A DNA stretch of 35,464 nt from Omnitrophica bacterium RIFCSPLOWO2_01_FULL_45_10b (GCA_001804205.1 MHFM01000009.1:21730-57193), one strand, 5' to 3'. Positions 23,028 to 33,229 are shown, counted from the stretch's first letter. Numbers and translations: made by a program. Notes: generated by a model not told the origin, from the letters alone.

Positions 23028-23824
23028 ATCCAAACTACTCCTTTTTTAGCTGGGTCCGTTCCACCATCAGTTGGTTTCTTGTTGGGCTTGTGACCATCGT
23101 TTTATTCGTTCCTATTTTTATTACTTTTTGTATTTTGTCTGTTTTTGACCGAGACCAAACAAGGCTTCATCCGCTTATTTCTTTTTGGGCCAAAAGCATT
23201 TTGGCCGTTTGTCCTCTCATGCGTGTCCATTTTGAAGGGCGTGAGCACTTAAAACCAGGGACGACGTATGTGCTTGTGGCCAATCATCAGAGCATTGCGG
23301 ATATCATCGCTGTTTTACACCTCCGCCTCCCGTTTAAATTTATCGCAAAGAGCGATCTATTTTGGATTCCCTTTTTTGGCTGGGCGCTTTCACTTGCGGG
23401 ATATATTCCTCTGACCCGCGGTGATCAAAAAAGCGGCAGGGAAACCATCCAAAAAGCAATGGGATATTTAAAACGGGGTGTTTCGGTGCTGCTTTTTCCG
23501 GAAGGTACGAGAAGCCGTAACGGGGAAATTCATGCTTTTAAGGTAGGCGCTTTTAAACTGGCCACAGAGCTTGGCCTTCCGGTTGTCCCTCTTGTGATTC
23601 AAGGGACAAGGGATTTAATTCCCAAAGGAACATTGCTGATCAATCACCGCATAGAAGTAACGGTCAGAATAGGAACTCCGCATCCGCCGCCTTCAAATGA
23701 CAGCGCTTCGATTGAAGCATTTTGCCAGAAGGTGCGCTCGGAGATGATTTTTTCTCTGAATGAAATGAGGTCACAAGAGGAAGTTGTATTGCAAACAAAG
23801 AGAGCTGAAATAGCTTTAACTTAA
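23024..23824 (+). CDS. plsC: 1-acyl-sn-glycerol-3-phosphate acyltransferase
   Basis: N-terminal TM segment, HX4D motif ANHQSIADI, FPEGTRS, and the VPLVIQG block. ATGA overlap with the NUDIX stop. Confidence 0.88.
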   Translation: MNPNYSFFSWVRSTISWFLVGLVTIVLFVPIFITFCILSVFDRDQTRLHPLISFWAKSILAVCPLMRVHFEGREHLKPGTTYVLVANHQSIADIIAVLHLRLPFKFIAKSDLFWIPFFGWALSLAGYIPLTRGDQKSGRETIQKAMGYLKRGVSVLLFPEGTRSRNGEIHAFKVGAFKLATELGLPVVPLVIQGTRDLIPKGTLLINHRIEVTVRIGTPHPPPSNDSASIEAFCQKVRSEMIFSLNEMRSQEEVVLQTKRAEIALT

Positions 23825-23835
23825 CAACCTTAAAC

Positions 23836-24189
23836 ATGTTGATCCGCATTTTATTTTATCTGACCGCATACGCCGCCATTCTTGGGTTGATTATCTTTTT
23901 CTTGGTCCGGCTTTTTCAAGTCGTGAGCGGAAAAATAAAAGGCCGTAAGATAAAAGTTTGGCGACATCCCAAAAAAGGTTTAGGTGCTTGGATTCAAGTG
24001 TATGATACCGATTCATGGGAGGAAGCTCAGGCACTTCAAGCCCGATTAGAAGAAGAAGAAATCGAATGTTTTGTTTATGAGCAAGGACGCAAAGATGTTC
24101 ACGGGACTCCGTTTAAAGGATTTGGAATTGCGGTGCCCGAAACATCTGTTTCCCGATCCCAAAAAATCATTGCTCGAATGCCTGCCTGA
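23836..24189 (+). CDS. hypothetical membrane-anchored protein (possible DUF2007-like C-terminal domain)
   Basis: TM segment ILFYLTAYAAILGLIIFFLV, then WIQVYDTDSWEEAQALQARLEEEEIECFVYE. Assignment is weak. Confidence 0.5.
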   Translation: MLIRILFYLTAYAAILGLIIFFLVRLFQVVSGKIKGRKIKVWRHPKKGLGAWIQVYDTDSWEEAQALQARLEEEEIECFVYEQGRKDVHGTPFKGFGIAVPETSVSRSQKIIARMPA

Positions 24190-24218
24190 AGGTGATTCGG
24201 TTTCCCCAAGGTAAATCT

Positions 24219-25430
24219 ATGAAACGCATTGTTATTGTTCCCGATGGAGTAGGCGATTGGCCGCTTAAAGAATTAGGGAATAAAACTCCCCTTCAAGCAG
24301 CTTCCAAGCCCAACCTGGATGATTTGTCGCGCCATTCTATTTTAGGTACCCTCAAGACCTGTCCCGACGGAATGTATCCCGGAAGCGATGTATGCGGCCT
24401 TTCGTTGATGGGCTATGACCCTAAGTGCGTGTATACAGGCCGCGCACCGCTTGAAGCTGCCAATATTGGGATCGTTTTAAAACCGGGCGAACTGGCATTC
24501 CGCTGCAATTTAGTTTCTGAGGAAAAAGGCGTTCTCACGGATTATTCGGCAGATCATATTACAACGGAAGAGGCTCAGATTTTAATTGAAGAGCTTCAAA
24601 AAAATCTCGGAAACAATTTGATCTCATTTCATACCGGAAAAATGTACCGTCATATCATGTGCTATAAGCGCGCTGTTGATATCGATTGCACAACCGATCA
24701 ACCTCATGATTTTCAAGGCACACCTTTCGCAAGCCATTGGCCGAGCGGAAAAGGATCCGAAATTTTGATTGATTTGACCAACGAATCAAAAAAGATTTTA
24801 ACGAATCATCCAATCAATCAAAAGCGTCTCAAAGCGGGCAAGAAACCGGCGAACATGATTTGGCTTTGGGGCGGAGGCCCAGCTCCAAAATTGGAGCACT
24901 TTGAAACAAGATATGGAATCAAAGGCGGCGTTATCTCCGCCGTTGATTTATTGAATGGATTAGGCCGCTATCTCGGCTGGGAAATTATTTCAGTGCCGGG
25001 CGCTACCGGTTATTTTGATACTGATTATCAAGCAAAAGGACGTTTCGCAATCGAAGCGCTTAAGCGGCTTGATTTAGTTTTTGTCCATGTGGAAGCGACA
25101 GATGAGGCAGGGCATATGGGAAATGTTAAGGAAAAAATCCGCGCTATTGAAAATATCGATAAATTTATCGTAGGCCCTATTGTAGAACGCCTAAAAGAAG
25201 AGAAAGAGTGGCGGCTTTTTGTGGCGCCGGATCATTATACGCCGATTGTGAAAAAAACCCATGTTGCGGAGCCTGTTCCGTTTATCTTCGCCGGTTCCGA
25301 CCTTCCTTTCTGTTGTTCCGAACGTCCTTACACCGAGCCTGATTCTAAAGCAACGGGCATTGCACTCGACCGCGGTTATGAATTGATGCTTCGGCTCGTC
25401 AAGGGCTGGCAGCATTATGAACATGGTTGA
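24219..25430 (+). CDS. apgM: cofactor-independent phosphoglycerate mutase, ApgM type
   Basis: MKRIVIVPDGVGDWPL..LG.KTPLQAA.KPNLD, FRCNL, HVEATDEAGHMG, APDHYTP. Start moved to MKRIV (ATG 24219). Confidence 0.85.
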   Translation: MKRIVIVPDGVGDWPLKELGNKTPLQAASKPNLDDLSRHSILGTLKTCPDGMYPGSDVCGLSLMGYDPKCVYTGRAPLEAANIGIVLKPGELAFRCNLVSEEKGVLTDYSADHITTEEAQILIEELQKNLGNNLISFHTGKMYRHIMCYKRAVDIDCTTDQPHDFQGTPFASHWPSGKGSEILIDLTNESKKILTNHPINQKRLKAGKKPANMIWLWGGGPAPKLEHFETRYGIKGGVISAVDLLNGLGRYLGWEIISVPGATGYFDTDYQAKGRFAIEALKRLDLVFVHVEATDEAGHMGNVKEKIRAIENIDKFIVGPIVERLKEEKEWRLFVAPDHYTPIVKKTHVAEPVPFIFAGSDLPFCCSERPYTEPDSKATGIALDRGYELMLRLVKGWQHYEHG

Positions 25431-26535
25431 TTGGAAAAGAATCAGGCGCGATTTTCCAATTACAAAGCGCTTCACCTACCTTGATCACGCTTCCGCCGCT
25501 CCCATGCCGCGCCCCGTTTATGAACGGACGCTTCAATACTATAAGGAACTTGCCGGTTTTGCCGATTTTTCCTGGAATCGCTGGATTGCACGGCGCGAAG
25601 AGGTAAGGCGCAAAGTAGCTCAATTCATTCATGCGGAACCGGATGAGATTGCGTTTACTTCAAGCACATCGCATGGAATGAATTTAATTGCCGAGCTGAT
25701 CGCAGACCAGGGGAATGTTCTCACCAATACGTTAGAATTTCCAGCCACAACGGTTCCGTGGATTCATCGGAACACAACGTTAAAATTTTTGGAACCTGCT
25801 CAGGGAATTATTTCCGTCGATCAGATGAAGCGCTGCTTAAAGCCGGATGTGAAGACGATTTTGACCAGCTTTGTTCAGTTTCAAAATGGCTTTAGACAAA
25901 ATCTCGAAGCCATCGGCCAAATAAAGGGAAATCGGTTTTTTGTGGTGAATGCGACGCAGGGTTTTGGTTATTTACCCATTGATGTGAAACGTTCCAAAAT
26001 TGATTTTCTTGCCACCAATAGTTATAAGTGGTTGATGGCAGGTTACGGCGGGGGAATCCTTTATATCAATCGAAAATGGATCAAAAAGTTCAAACCTCAG
26101 TCGGCGGGTTGGCGAAGCGCGCCTCATCCAGAGCAATTTGACAATCGGCACATTTCGTTAAAACAGGATGCTTCACGATACGAATACGGATGTCCGCCCT
26201 TTCCGCATATTTTTGCCATGGGCGCTGCGCTCGATTATCTTTCAGAAATCGGGATTTTGAATGTTGAGCGAAGAATTCTTTCTCTCACCAGTTTTTTGAT
26301 CGATCAGTTGCGAAAACATGGCTTTCAGATTCTTTCTCCTTTAGAACCATCGATGCGATCCGGCATCATTGTTTTTTCTGTAAAGAATGCCCAGAAATTG
26401 ACGAATTTCCTTTTAGCGAGGAAAACGTACGTTTCTCCGCGGGGCGGCGGGATTCGAGTAGCGCCTCATATATACAATACAAAATCGGATATTACTCATT
26501 TGATGAATTTGTTAAAAACAGAAAGGGCAGCATGA
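25417..26535 (+). CDS. class V aminotransferase-fold PLP enzyme (second paralog; cysteine desulfurase/lyase-like)
   Basis: YLDHASAAPMP. The PLP-lysine context NSYKWLMAGYGGG is similar in layout to the first gene in the window. Overlaps the apgM end by 14 nt. Confidence 0.8.
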   Translation: MNMVDWKRIRRDFPITKRFTYLDHASAAPMPRPVYERTLQYYKELAGFADFSWNRWIARREEVRRKVAQFIHAEPDEIAFTSSTSHGMNLIAELIADQGNVLTNTLEFPATTVPWIHRNTTLKFLEPAQGIISVDQMKRCLKPDVKTILTSFVQFQNGFRQNLEAIGQIKGNRFFVVNATQGFGYLPIDVKRSKIDFLATNSYKWLMAGYGGGILYINRKWIKKFKPQSAGWRSAPHPEQFDNRHISLKQDASRYEYGCPPFPHIFAMGAALDYLSEIGILNVERRILSLTSFLIDQLRKHGFQILSPLEPSMRSGIIVFSVKNAQKLTNFLLARKTYVSPRGGGIRVAPHIYNTKSDITHLMNLLKTERAA

Positions 26536-27389
26536 TTTTGCTTGAGATCGGGGCCGGGCTTGTAGGGATTTTATTGTGGGCGTTTTTCGTGGAGCCCAAT
26601 TGGTATCGTTTGCGACGAATCACGATCCACGGCCAAAAAAAAGTTCGCAAGCCCATTACCATTCTTCATCTTTCTGATATTCATTTTGTCGGAAGCGAAG
26701 GCTCCAAGCGCGGATTTTTCCAGAAGCTTTCCATGCTGAACCCGGACTTGATTTTTTTGACCGGTGATATTATTGATAATAATGAGGGCATTGATACGGC
26801 CGTTCGATTAATTTCCGGCCTTCGTGCCCGCTACGGCACTTTTCTTGTCTTGGGCAATCATGATTATTACAATTATCACATGAAAGATACTTTGCGTTAC
26901 CACATGGGATTGGGCAAGACTTCCATGGATCATAATAACGTTCCCCGTTTTGTTTCGGAAATGAAGCGCATCGGCGTCCGCGTTTTGATTAATGAATCGA
27001 CAAAACTTGACGTACATGGAACTCCGGTATTGATCGGCGGAACGGATGATCCGGTGACACAGAGAATTGATTTTGAAAAAGCGCTTCATGGGTTAAGTCC
27101 CCAAACGCTTAATGTTCTCTTGACCCATCATTTGGATGCCCTTTTGAAATTGTCTCATCATGGTGTTGATTTGGTTTTTGCAGGACACACGCACGGCGGA
27201 CAATTGCGGTTCCCAGTTTTAGGCGCTCCAATTTGTGAAACAAAATTGGGCCGGCGTTACGTGGAGGGGCTTCATCGGTACAAGGAAATAACCCTTTTTG
27301 TCTCACGCGGCCTCGGAGCCGGCCGCACACTTTTTCCGCGTTTCGCGTGCCGGCCGGAAGCTATTTTTTTTGAAGTACGGCCTGATTGA
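26532..27389 (+). CDS. metallophosphoesterase (calcineurin-like, YkuE/YaeI type)
   Basis: N-terminal TM segment. Motifs HLSDIHF, GDIID, GNHD, GHTHGGQ. ATGA overlap with the upstream stop. Confidence 0.88.
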   Translation: MILLEIGAGLVGILLWAFFVEPNWYRLRRITIHGQKKVRKPITILHLSDIHFVGSEGSKRGFFQKLSMLNPDLIFLTGDIIDNNEGIDTAVRLISGLRARYGTFLVLGNHDYYNYHMKDTLRYHMGLGKTSMDHNNVPRFVSEMKRIGVRVLINESTKLDVHGTPVLIGGTDDPVTQRIDFEKALHGLSPQTLNVLLTHHLDALLKLSHHGVDLVFAGHTHGGQLRFPVLGAPICETKLGRRYVEGLHRYKEITLFVSRGLGAGRTLFPRFACRPEAIFFEVRPD

Positions 27390-27404
27390 ACGAGGATACA
27401 TTCC

Positions 27405-27433
27405 TTGACTTTGTAAATTCCGTAGTGTATCGT
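27405..27433 (+). promoter_or_regulatory. sigma70-type promoter candidate
   Basis: TTGACT (27405..27410), a 17-nt spacer, TATCGT (27428..27433), upstream of the 27459 ORF. Confidence 0.3.
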
Positions 27434-27458
27434 TTGAAAGATATTAGGAATCACACAG

Positions 27459-27848
27459 ATGAAAAAAAATAAAGGCGGAAAACAATTTAAAACTAATTCC
27501 AAACTGCTCCGCGGTTTTTTAACCGAGAGAGAAGTGGAGCTTCTTCACCGCCAAATCCGAATCAATTCCATTGCAATGGATCGTTATATTCAAACCATTG
27601 ATCTCTTGGCCAATAAAGAAAAATGCCCGAAGGATGCCAACACACTTATGTATCTGCGCAGCCAATTATCGATCGCCATTGCCGAAAACGATACCTTTCG
27701 TAAAGTTCTTTGGCGCCATGCTCAATGCGTAGAAAGCCAGCTTTCGTCCGATTCAGATTTAGATGCCGCTTCATTTTTAGTCGGTCGGATTAATTCCCGC
27801 AGAAAAGCGCTCATGGCTCAAATGGCGATGACCCGCCGGAGTTCATAG
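27459..27848 (+). CDS. hypothetical protein (basic N-terminus, predicted helical)
   Basis: 129-aa ORF. AGGAA lies about 10 nt upstream. No recognisable motif. It ends 2 nt before the next ORF. Confidence 0.5.
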   Translation: MKKNKGGKQFKTNSKLLRGFLTEREVELLHRQIRINSIAMDRYIQTIDLLANKEKCPKDANTLMYLRSQLSIAIAENDTFRKVLWRHAQCVESQLSSDSDLDAASFLVGRINSRRKALMAQMAMTRRSS

Positions 27849-27850
27849 TC

Positions 27851-28168
27851 ATGGCTGATAAACCCGAACAAGAAGAAAAAGAAAAACCGAAGGCTGAGCC
27901 TTCCGAAAAACAGGAATCAAAAGCTCCGGCCTCAGAAAAGCCTGCGGAACCGAAAGCCGCTGCTCCCGCAAAAGAAGAGAAACCAAAGGCGCAGGAAAAA
28001 CCGGAACCTGCCGAGAAAAAGGGCAAGAAAATCAGCCGAATGACACTTGCCGAAGTGGAAGTTGAATTGAAGGGTGTTCAAGAAAAGATGGGTGGGTTTG
28101 AATCCAATTTCGCCCAGCATTTGCTCGCCCGCAAAAAAGAATTAAGCCAGCCCACAGCACGCTCTTAA
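27851..28168 (+). CDS. hypothetical protein (Lys/Glu/Pro-rich disordered N-half plus ~45-aa helical C-terminal module)
   Basis: 105 aa. GGAG lies 9 nt upstream. KEKPKAEPSEKQESKAPASEKPAEPKAAAPAKEEKPKAQEKPEPAEKK, then ISRMTLAEVEVELKGVQEKMGGFESNFAQHLLARKKEL. Confidence 0.5.
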   Translation: MADKPEQEEKEKPKAEPSEKQESKAPASEKPAEPKAAAPAKEEKPKAQEKPEPAEKKGKKISRMTLAEVEVELKGVQEKMGGFESNFAQHLLARKKELSQPTARS

Positions 28169-28201
28169 GCATGTTATGTTCTCACTTCACAGAGAAATTT
28201 T

Positions 28202-31200
28202 TTAGCCTTCCGTTGGGATTTGGTTTTCGCCTTGGGCCATCGGTGTGGTTTGCGAGGGTTTAATAAGGGCAGGTTTTTGAGCTTGGGTTGTTTGGTCCAG
28301 CCGCTTCTTCATTTGTTCTAACACTTCCAGATAAAGACCCTCTGAAATTTCTTCTTTCCGGACTTTTTCTTGCATTTGTTGGAGCTCTCCTTCCGGTATC
28401 GGAATCGTGGAATCTACAAGCGTAATATTCTCAAATTGTATCGAAAAGTTTGGCGGAACTTGATCGGGGAAAGCAATGGTCACCTCGGCTTTATCGGTAA
28501 GCCCATCGATCACATCTTTTTGTTCGATGTTTTTATCTTCTGGAATTAAAATCTCATTGAGATTTTTTACTTTTGGTTCCTTCGCAGTGGTTACAAATTG
28601 TTCGTCCTTTGTTTTCTTCTCCTCTTTCCACCAGAATCGATAAAGATCACTCACGTCTTGATGTTCACCCCATGCGCTTAAATAGCTCTCATTACCACGG
28701 AAGGCCCTTTCTTTCAAACCTTGTACGGTGGGATTATAAATAAGAAAGGCAGTGAACACTTTTTCTAAGAGGCTTATTTGCGCCTGCGGTTTTGCGAAGA
28801 CAATAGGATCGAAGCTGAAAAATTGACTGGCAATACCGCTATTTTCCGGGAGTTCGCTCCAAGCACGCACCCGGACGAAGAACGAACCATCATTAGGAAG
28901 TGTGATTTCTTCATGTGAACCGCTCGGCCAGAATGATTGGTCAATGGTTTTGAAATCCGGGTCTTTTGAAAGTTGTACTTCATAAATCCGCGTGTTTTGT
29001 AATGCAGGCCAGTTGATGCTCAGCCTCCCAGCGCTATCCAAGGCCGGCGTTGGAGCGTCTGTAATTTGGCGTAAAGCAAATATATCAACCGCGAACGATT
29101 GCGGATCGGACCATAGGCTTAACGGTCCGTTCTCGATTTGCTGGTTTTTGGAAGCCCTGACGCGCGCTTCGTAATTTCCGTTTTCCGACAAGTGAATAGG
29201 CTCAAAATTTCCGCTTGGGAAGCCCTCATAAACAACTTGTCCGTTTTTTATGACCTGTACCTGATAAATGACGGCGCCATCCAACGCATTAAAATTGATG
29301 GCAACGTCTCCGTTTGTACTCGTTGGAATGGACTGAACCGCAGGTTTAGATTGCATAAATACAAGTTCGGCGCGATAGGTTTCTTCGGCCTTTAGCGCCT
29401 GAAAGAAAAGCTCTTCCAATGTGTTAAAGATAACTCGCACTCCATTGCCATCAGGAAACGCTACGTTTGCTTGGTAGAGAGCTGAATTCATTCCTTTGTC
29501 CTTATTGGGTTGAATGTCTGTGATTTCGGAAAGCGGGTTGCCATCAGCATCCGTGCGGGTGATGCTCCGAAGGATAAGCGGTCCGAAGCCTATGAGCATT
29601 CCATACTCATCTCGGTAGCCAGTCACAACATAACCATACCTGAGTTCACTCTTTGATATTACCTTTTCATCTTTATCGAGATCAATGACGGTTTGAATGT
29701 GATGTTGTCCATCATCTTCCATTTCTGGGAGATTGAGATCTTTTTGGAGAGTGACATCACGGCTGGCCACGTCGCCTTGTGATCCGTCGTGATAAACAAT
29801 CGTTAGGTCTGGATCGTGCGCCCAATAACTGATTTCTTTCACGAGTTTTCCCGTCGGGCAAGGGGCCATTATACAAACAAGGTAGGGATCCCCATCGTAG
29901 ATCTTTACAGATTTAAGACGACTTTCCTCACTGATTGAGTTTGAGGCATTGTCAAAATACTGAAGCTCGACATAATAATCTTCCCCAATATAAAAACTTC
30001 CTGATGTCACATAGTAGTGAAGTCCTTCACCGGGACAGGGTGCAGTGTCACACTCAACAGTAAAAGTGCCTAAGGTATAATGGATTTCGGATGGAAGTTT
30101 ATTTGGTCCGAGAGGATCGGTTAAATTCACTGCCCATGCCGGAAGGTTCACGCTTGAGTCAATCGTGACGGTGGCTTGCGTGCCCTTTACCGTGATTTGG
30201 ATCAGCCCTTGATCAATGTATTCATTCACTTGATTCAGCCCAAGCCCGAAGTTTTCGGCGAGGTCCTTTACAATAGGCACAATCGGTTGATAGGTTTGTA
30301 TCTCTTCTTCCGCCTTCGATCTAAGGGCGTAGCCTTCCGCTAATTTATCCGAAGCCTTGGGCAGGGGATTTTCAACTTCAGGTGGCAGAGGCTCTTCCGC
30401 TACCATCTCTGGCATTGGAAATTCATCGGCAAGTTGATTCAGTTCGTCTGCGGTTTGAGCCGCTGCAACCATCGCTTGGTAATTTGCAAGGGCTTCATTT
30501 CTATATTGTAGGTAGCGCCCGATGGCGCCATTCCATACAGTAATGTTGTGCTCGCCGTCTTGCCTTAATTGATTACGATATGCCTCGGCTTCGCTCGGAA
30601 AGCCATTTGGATCGCTCGGGTCTAAATAACGTGCAAGGTCAACAAGGAATCCGTCGCGAATTAGGGAAGCAGTGCCGCTTTTTACGCCCGTTGTGCCGAG
30701 AACAGCAGTTAGGGAATTTCCTATATCATTAAGGGCTCCTGTCATGAAATCAACGTCCCCATTAAAAGCGTTAATTCGTTCTTCAACACGTGCTCCTTCG
30801 CCTGCAATTAGTGCTAGAAGTTGCGCCCATTCGATATCGCCGGCTTCGATTGCGGCATTGATACGGTCATAGATAGACATTCGAAGCGTTTCAAGATCGA
30901 GAGGCTGAGTTTGAACCTCAAACTCAGTAGTTCCAGATATTTCGCCCGATTGATTTGAAAGCACGATGACATAAGAAGTATCCGGGCTTAAACCACCGAA
31001 TTCAGCACTGCAAGATTCTGAACACCAGACACTTGTTTCAGCAGTGGGTGAATATATCCCCCAGCCCCGACTATGATACATATAGTAGGTGGGATCCCAT
31101 ACGCTTATCGTTACATTCGAATAATCTCCGGAGGTATTCAAATGAACCGTAACATCCGTTGATCCAGCGCTTATACCTGCAGAATCTATGTGAATAGGAT

Positions 31201-33229
31201 AAATTGGGTCCGGTATAGGTTCAGGTTCTGGTTCAGGCTCAGGAGTCGGCTCAGGTTCGGGCGTAGGCTCAGGCGTAGGTTCAGGCTCGGGCATCGGCTG
31301 AGTTTGAACCTCAAACTCAGTAGTTCCAGATATCTCGCCCGATTGATTTGAAAGCACGATGACATAAGAAGTATCCGGGCTTAAACCGCCCAATTGGGCA
31401 CTGCAAGATTCTAAACACCAGACACTTGTTTCAGCAGTGGGTGAATATATCCCCCAGCCCCGACTATGATACATATAGTAGGTGGGATCCCATACGCTTA
31501 TGGTTACATCCAAAGAATCTCCGGAGGTATTCAAATGAACCGTAACATCCGTTGTTCCCGCGCTTATATCTGCGGAATCTATGTAAATGATACTAGGAGG
31601 AGAAATTGGGTCTGGTTCCGGATCCGGTTGTGGTTCTGGTTCAGGTTCTGGAATAGGCTCAGGAGTCGGCTCAGGTTCAGGCGTAGGCTCAGGTGTGGGT
31701 TCAGGTTCAGACATTGACTGAGTTTGAAAATCAAAAGTGGTTGTTCCGAATATCTCGCCCGATTGATTTGAAAGCACGATGACATAAGAAGTATCCGGGC
31801 TTAAGCCGTCTATTTGAGCGCTGCAAAATCCCGAACATGAGACGGTTGTTTCGGCAGTGGGTGAATATATCCCCCAGCCCCGACTATGATACATATAGGA
31901 GGTGGGATCCCATACGCTCACGGTTACATCCGGAGAATATCCGGAGGTAATAAAATTAACCGTAACATCTGTTGATCCTGCGCTTATATCTGCAGAGTCT
32001 ATGTAAATAATACTAGGAGGCGGAGAAATTGGTTCTGGTTCCGGATCCGGTTGCGGTTCTGGCGTAGGTTCAGGTGTGGGTTCAGGTTCTGGCATAGGCT
32101 CAGGAGTCGGCTCAGGTTCAGGCGTAGGCTCAGGTGTGGGTTCAGGCTCAGGCATCGGCTGAGTTTGAAAATCAAATATAGTAGTTCCAGATATTTCATC
32201 CGATTGATTTGAAAGCACGATGACATAAGAAGTATCCGGGCTTAAACCGCCCAATTGGGCACTGCAAGATTCTAAGCACCAAACACTTGCTTCAGCAGTG
32301 GGTGAATATCCCCAGCCCCATGTGTGATACATATAGGAGTTAGAATCCCATACGCTTATGGTTACATCCCAAGAATTCGAAGGATTCAAAGAATCTCCGG
32401 AGGTATTCAAATGAACCGTAACATCCGTTGATCCAGCGCTTATATCTGCAGAATCTATGTAAATAATGCTAGAAGGTGGAGAAATCGGGTCTGGTTCCGG
32501 ATCCGGTTGCGGTTCTGGCGTAGGTTCAGGTTCGGGCTCAGGCTCAGGAGTCGGTTCAGGTTCTGGCATAGGCTCAGGAGTCGGTTCAGGTTCAGGTGTA
32601 GGCTCAGGCTCAGGCGTAGGTTCTGGTTCTGTTTGAAAATCAAAACTAGTTTGTCCGGACAATACATAATCCGGCGAGCTTGGAGAAAGATCAAACCGAT
32701 AAAAACTTACAGGATTTAATCCGCTTGCATTCACTGCACAGCCCGATGAGCATGATGATACGGTTGTAGCAAATACCGCTGAGTTATTCGAATCATATAC
32801 CGTAGCATTTATAGGTGAAGAGTCGGATGCATACACATAAACGTTAGCAGATGTTGATCCTACATTGATTGCATCTAGAGAGATATATACGGTGGCGGGT
32901 TCTGGTTCTCCCGGCGCGGGTTCTGGATCCGGTTGCGGTTCTGGCATAGACTCAGAAGGAGACAACGGGTTATCCGCTTCTGCTAATTGATCTGTGGAAG
33001 TATCCGGCGGCGGCGTGTCCGTCGTTAAAGTGGTAGGCGCTAAAGGGTCCGTAGTCGGAACGAGTACGTCTGCCGCATTCATTGTTGGTGCAACGTTGGC
33101 AAGTGTAATAGGTGTTGGATAAATGATGAGACTGATTGCGAGTATAGCGGATAGACATTTCGCCACACCGCGTTTGAGGGGTGAAGATAAGTTTCGTTTC
33201 AGATAATAGGAATCGCTAGTTATCCTCAT
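28202..33229 (-). CDS. giant secreted modular protein (1,675 aa): signal anchor, five tandem Cys-pair modules on PEP linkers, unassigned core, two FN3-like domains, charged C-terminal region
   Basis: A single uninterrupted ORF. N-terminal hydrophobic segment [20 protein letters not shown]. Modules lie at aa 112-200, 254-356, 406-506, 546-645 and 677-776. FN3-like units lie at aa ~1296-1382 and ~1390-1476. There is no SD near the ATG at 33229, but no alternative in-frame start exists before the signal segment. Confidence 0.85.
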   Translation of the reverse strand: MRITSDSYYLKRNLSSPLKRGVAKCLSAILAISLIIYPTPITLANVAPTMNAADVLVPTTDPLAPTTLTTDTPPPDTSTDQLAEADNPLSPSESMPEPQPDPEPAPGEPEPATVYISLDAINVGSTSANVYVYASDSSPINATVYDSNNSAVFATTVSSCSSGCAVNASGLNPVSFYRFDLSPSSPDYVLSGQTSFDFQTEPEPTPEPEPTPEPEPTPEPMPEPEPTPEPEPEPEPTPEPQPDPEPDPISPPSSIIYIDSADISAGSTDVTVHLNTSGDSLNPSNSWDVTISVWDSNSYMYHTWGWGYSPTAEASVWCLESCSAQLGGLSPDTSYVIVLSNQSDEISGTTIFDFQTQPMPEPEPTPEPTPEPEPTPEPMPEPEPTPEPTPEPQPDPEPEPISPPPSIIYIDSADISAGSTDVTVNFITSGYSPDVTVSVWDPTSYMYHSRGWGIYSPTAETTVSCSGFCSAQIDGLSPDTSYVIVLSNQSGEIFGTTTFDFQTQSMSEPEPTPEPTPEPEPTPEPIPEPEPEPQPDPEPDPISPPSIIYIDSADISAGTTDVTVHLNTSGDSLDVTISVWDPTYYMYHSRGWGIYSPTAETSVWCLESCSAQLGGLSPDTSYVIVLSNQSGEISGTTEFEVQTQPMPEPEPTPEPTPEPEPTPEPEPEPEPIPDPIYPIHIDSAGISAGSTDVTVHLNTSGDYSNVTISVWDPTYYMYHSRGWGIYSPTAETSVWCSESCSAEFGGLSPDTSYVIVLSNQSGEISGTTEFEVQTQPLDLETLRMSIYDRINAAIEAGDIEWAQLLALIAGEGARVEERINAFNGDVDFMTGALNDIGNSLTAVLGTTGVKSGTASLIRDGFLVDLARYLDPSDPNGFPSEAEAYRNQLRQDGEHNITVWNGAIGRYLQYRNEALANYQAMVAAAQTADELNQLADEFPMPEMVAEEPLPPEVENPLPKASDKLAEGYALRSKAEEEIQTYQPIVPIVKDLAENFGLGLNQVNEYIDQGLIQITVKGTQATVTIDSSVNLPAWAVNLTDPLGPNKLPSEIHYTLGTFTVECDTAPCPGEGLHYYVTSGSFYIGEDYYVELQYFDNASNSISEESRLKSVKIYDGDPYLVCIMAPCPTGKLVKEISYWAHDPDLTIVYHDGSQGDVASRDVTLQKDLNLPEMEDDGQHHIQTVIDLDKDEKVISKSELRYGYVVTGYRDEYGMLIGFGPLILRSITRTDADGNPLSEITDIQPNKDKGMNSALYQANVAFPDGNGVRVIFNTLEELFFQALKAEETYRAELVFMQSKPAVQSIPTSTNGDVAINFNALDGAVIYQVQVIKNGQVVYEGFPSGNFEPIHLSENGNYEARVRASKNQQIENGPLSLWSDPQSFAVDIFALRQITDAPTPALDSAGRLSINWPALQNTRIYEVQLSKDPDFKTIDQSFWPSGSHEEITLPNDGSFFVRVRAWSELPENSGIASQFFSFDPIVFAKPQAQISLLEKVFTAFLIYNPTVQGLKERAFRGNESYLSAWGEHQDVSDLYRFWWKEEKKTKDEQFVTTAKEPKVKNLNEILIPEDKNIEQKDVIDGLTDKAEVTIAFPDQVPPNFSIQFENITLVDSTIPIPEGELQQMQEKVRKEEISEGLYLEVLEQMKKRLDQTTQAQKPALIKPSQTTPMAQGENQIPTEG
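30902..32896 (-). repeat. tandem coding repeats (four near-identical units of roughly 404-471 bp plus one divergent unit) with GGYTCR-periodic linker tracts
   Basis: The unit-start marker (G/A)GCTGAGTTTGAA... recurs at 30903, 31307, 31715 and 32157. A diverged form is at about 32628. Long identical runs are shared between units (for example GATTGATTTGAAAGCACGATGACATAAGAAGTATCCGGGCTTAA in all four). Confidence 0.9.

Noticed and set aside
31466-32719. Several 60-85-aa ORFs on both strands ([14 protein letters not shown]..., [17 protein letters not shown]...) inside the giant gene
   Set aside because: These are shadow frames created by the GGYTCR-periodic PEP-linker DNA. They recur once per repeat unit and have no start context.
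28202-33229. Giant protein as an RHS/YD, RTX or polymorphic toxin
   Set aside because: It has no YD repeats, GGxGxD nonapeptides, PxxxxDPxGL core boundary or adjacent immunity-like small ORF downstream of its C-terminus. The [12 protein letters not shown] stretch is a single occurrence.
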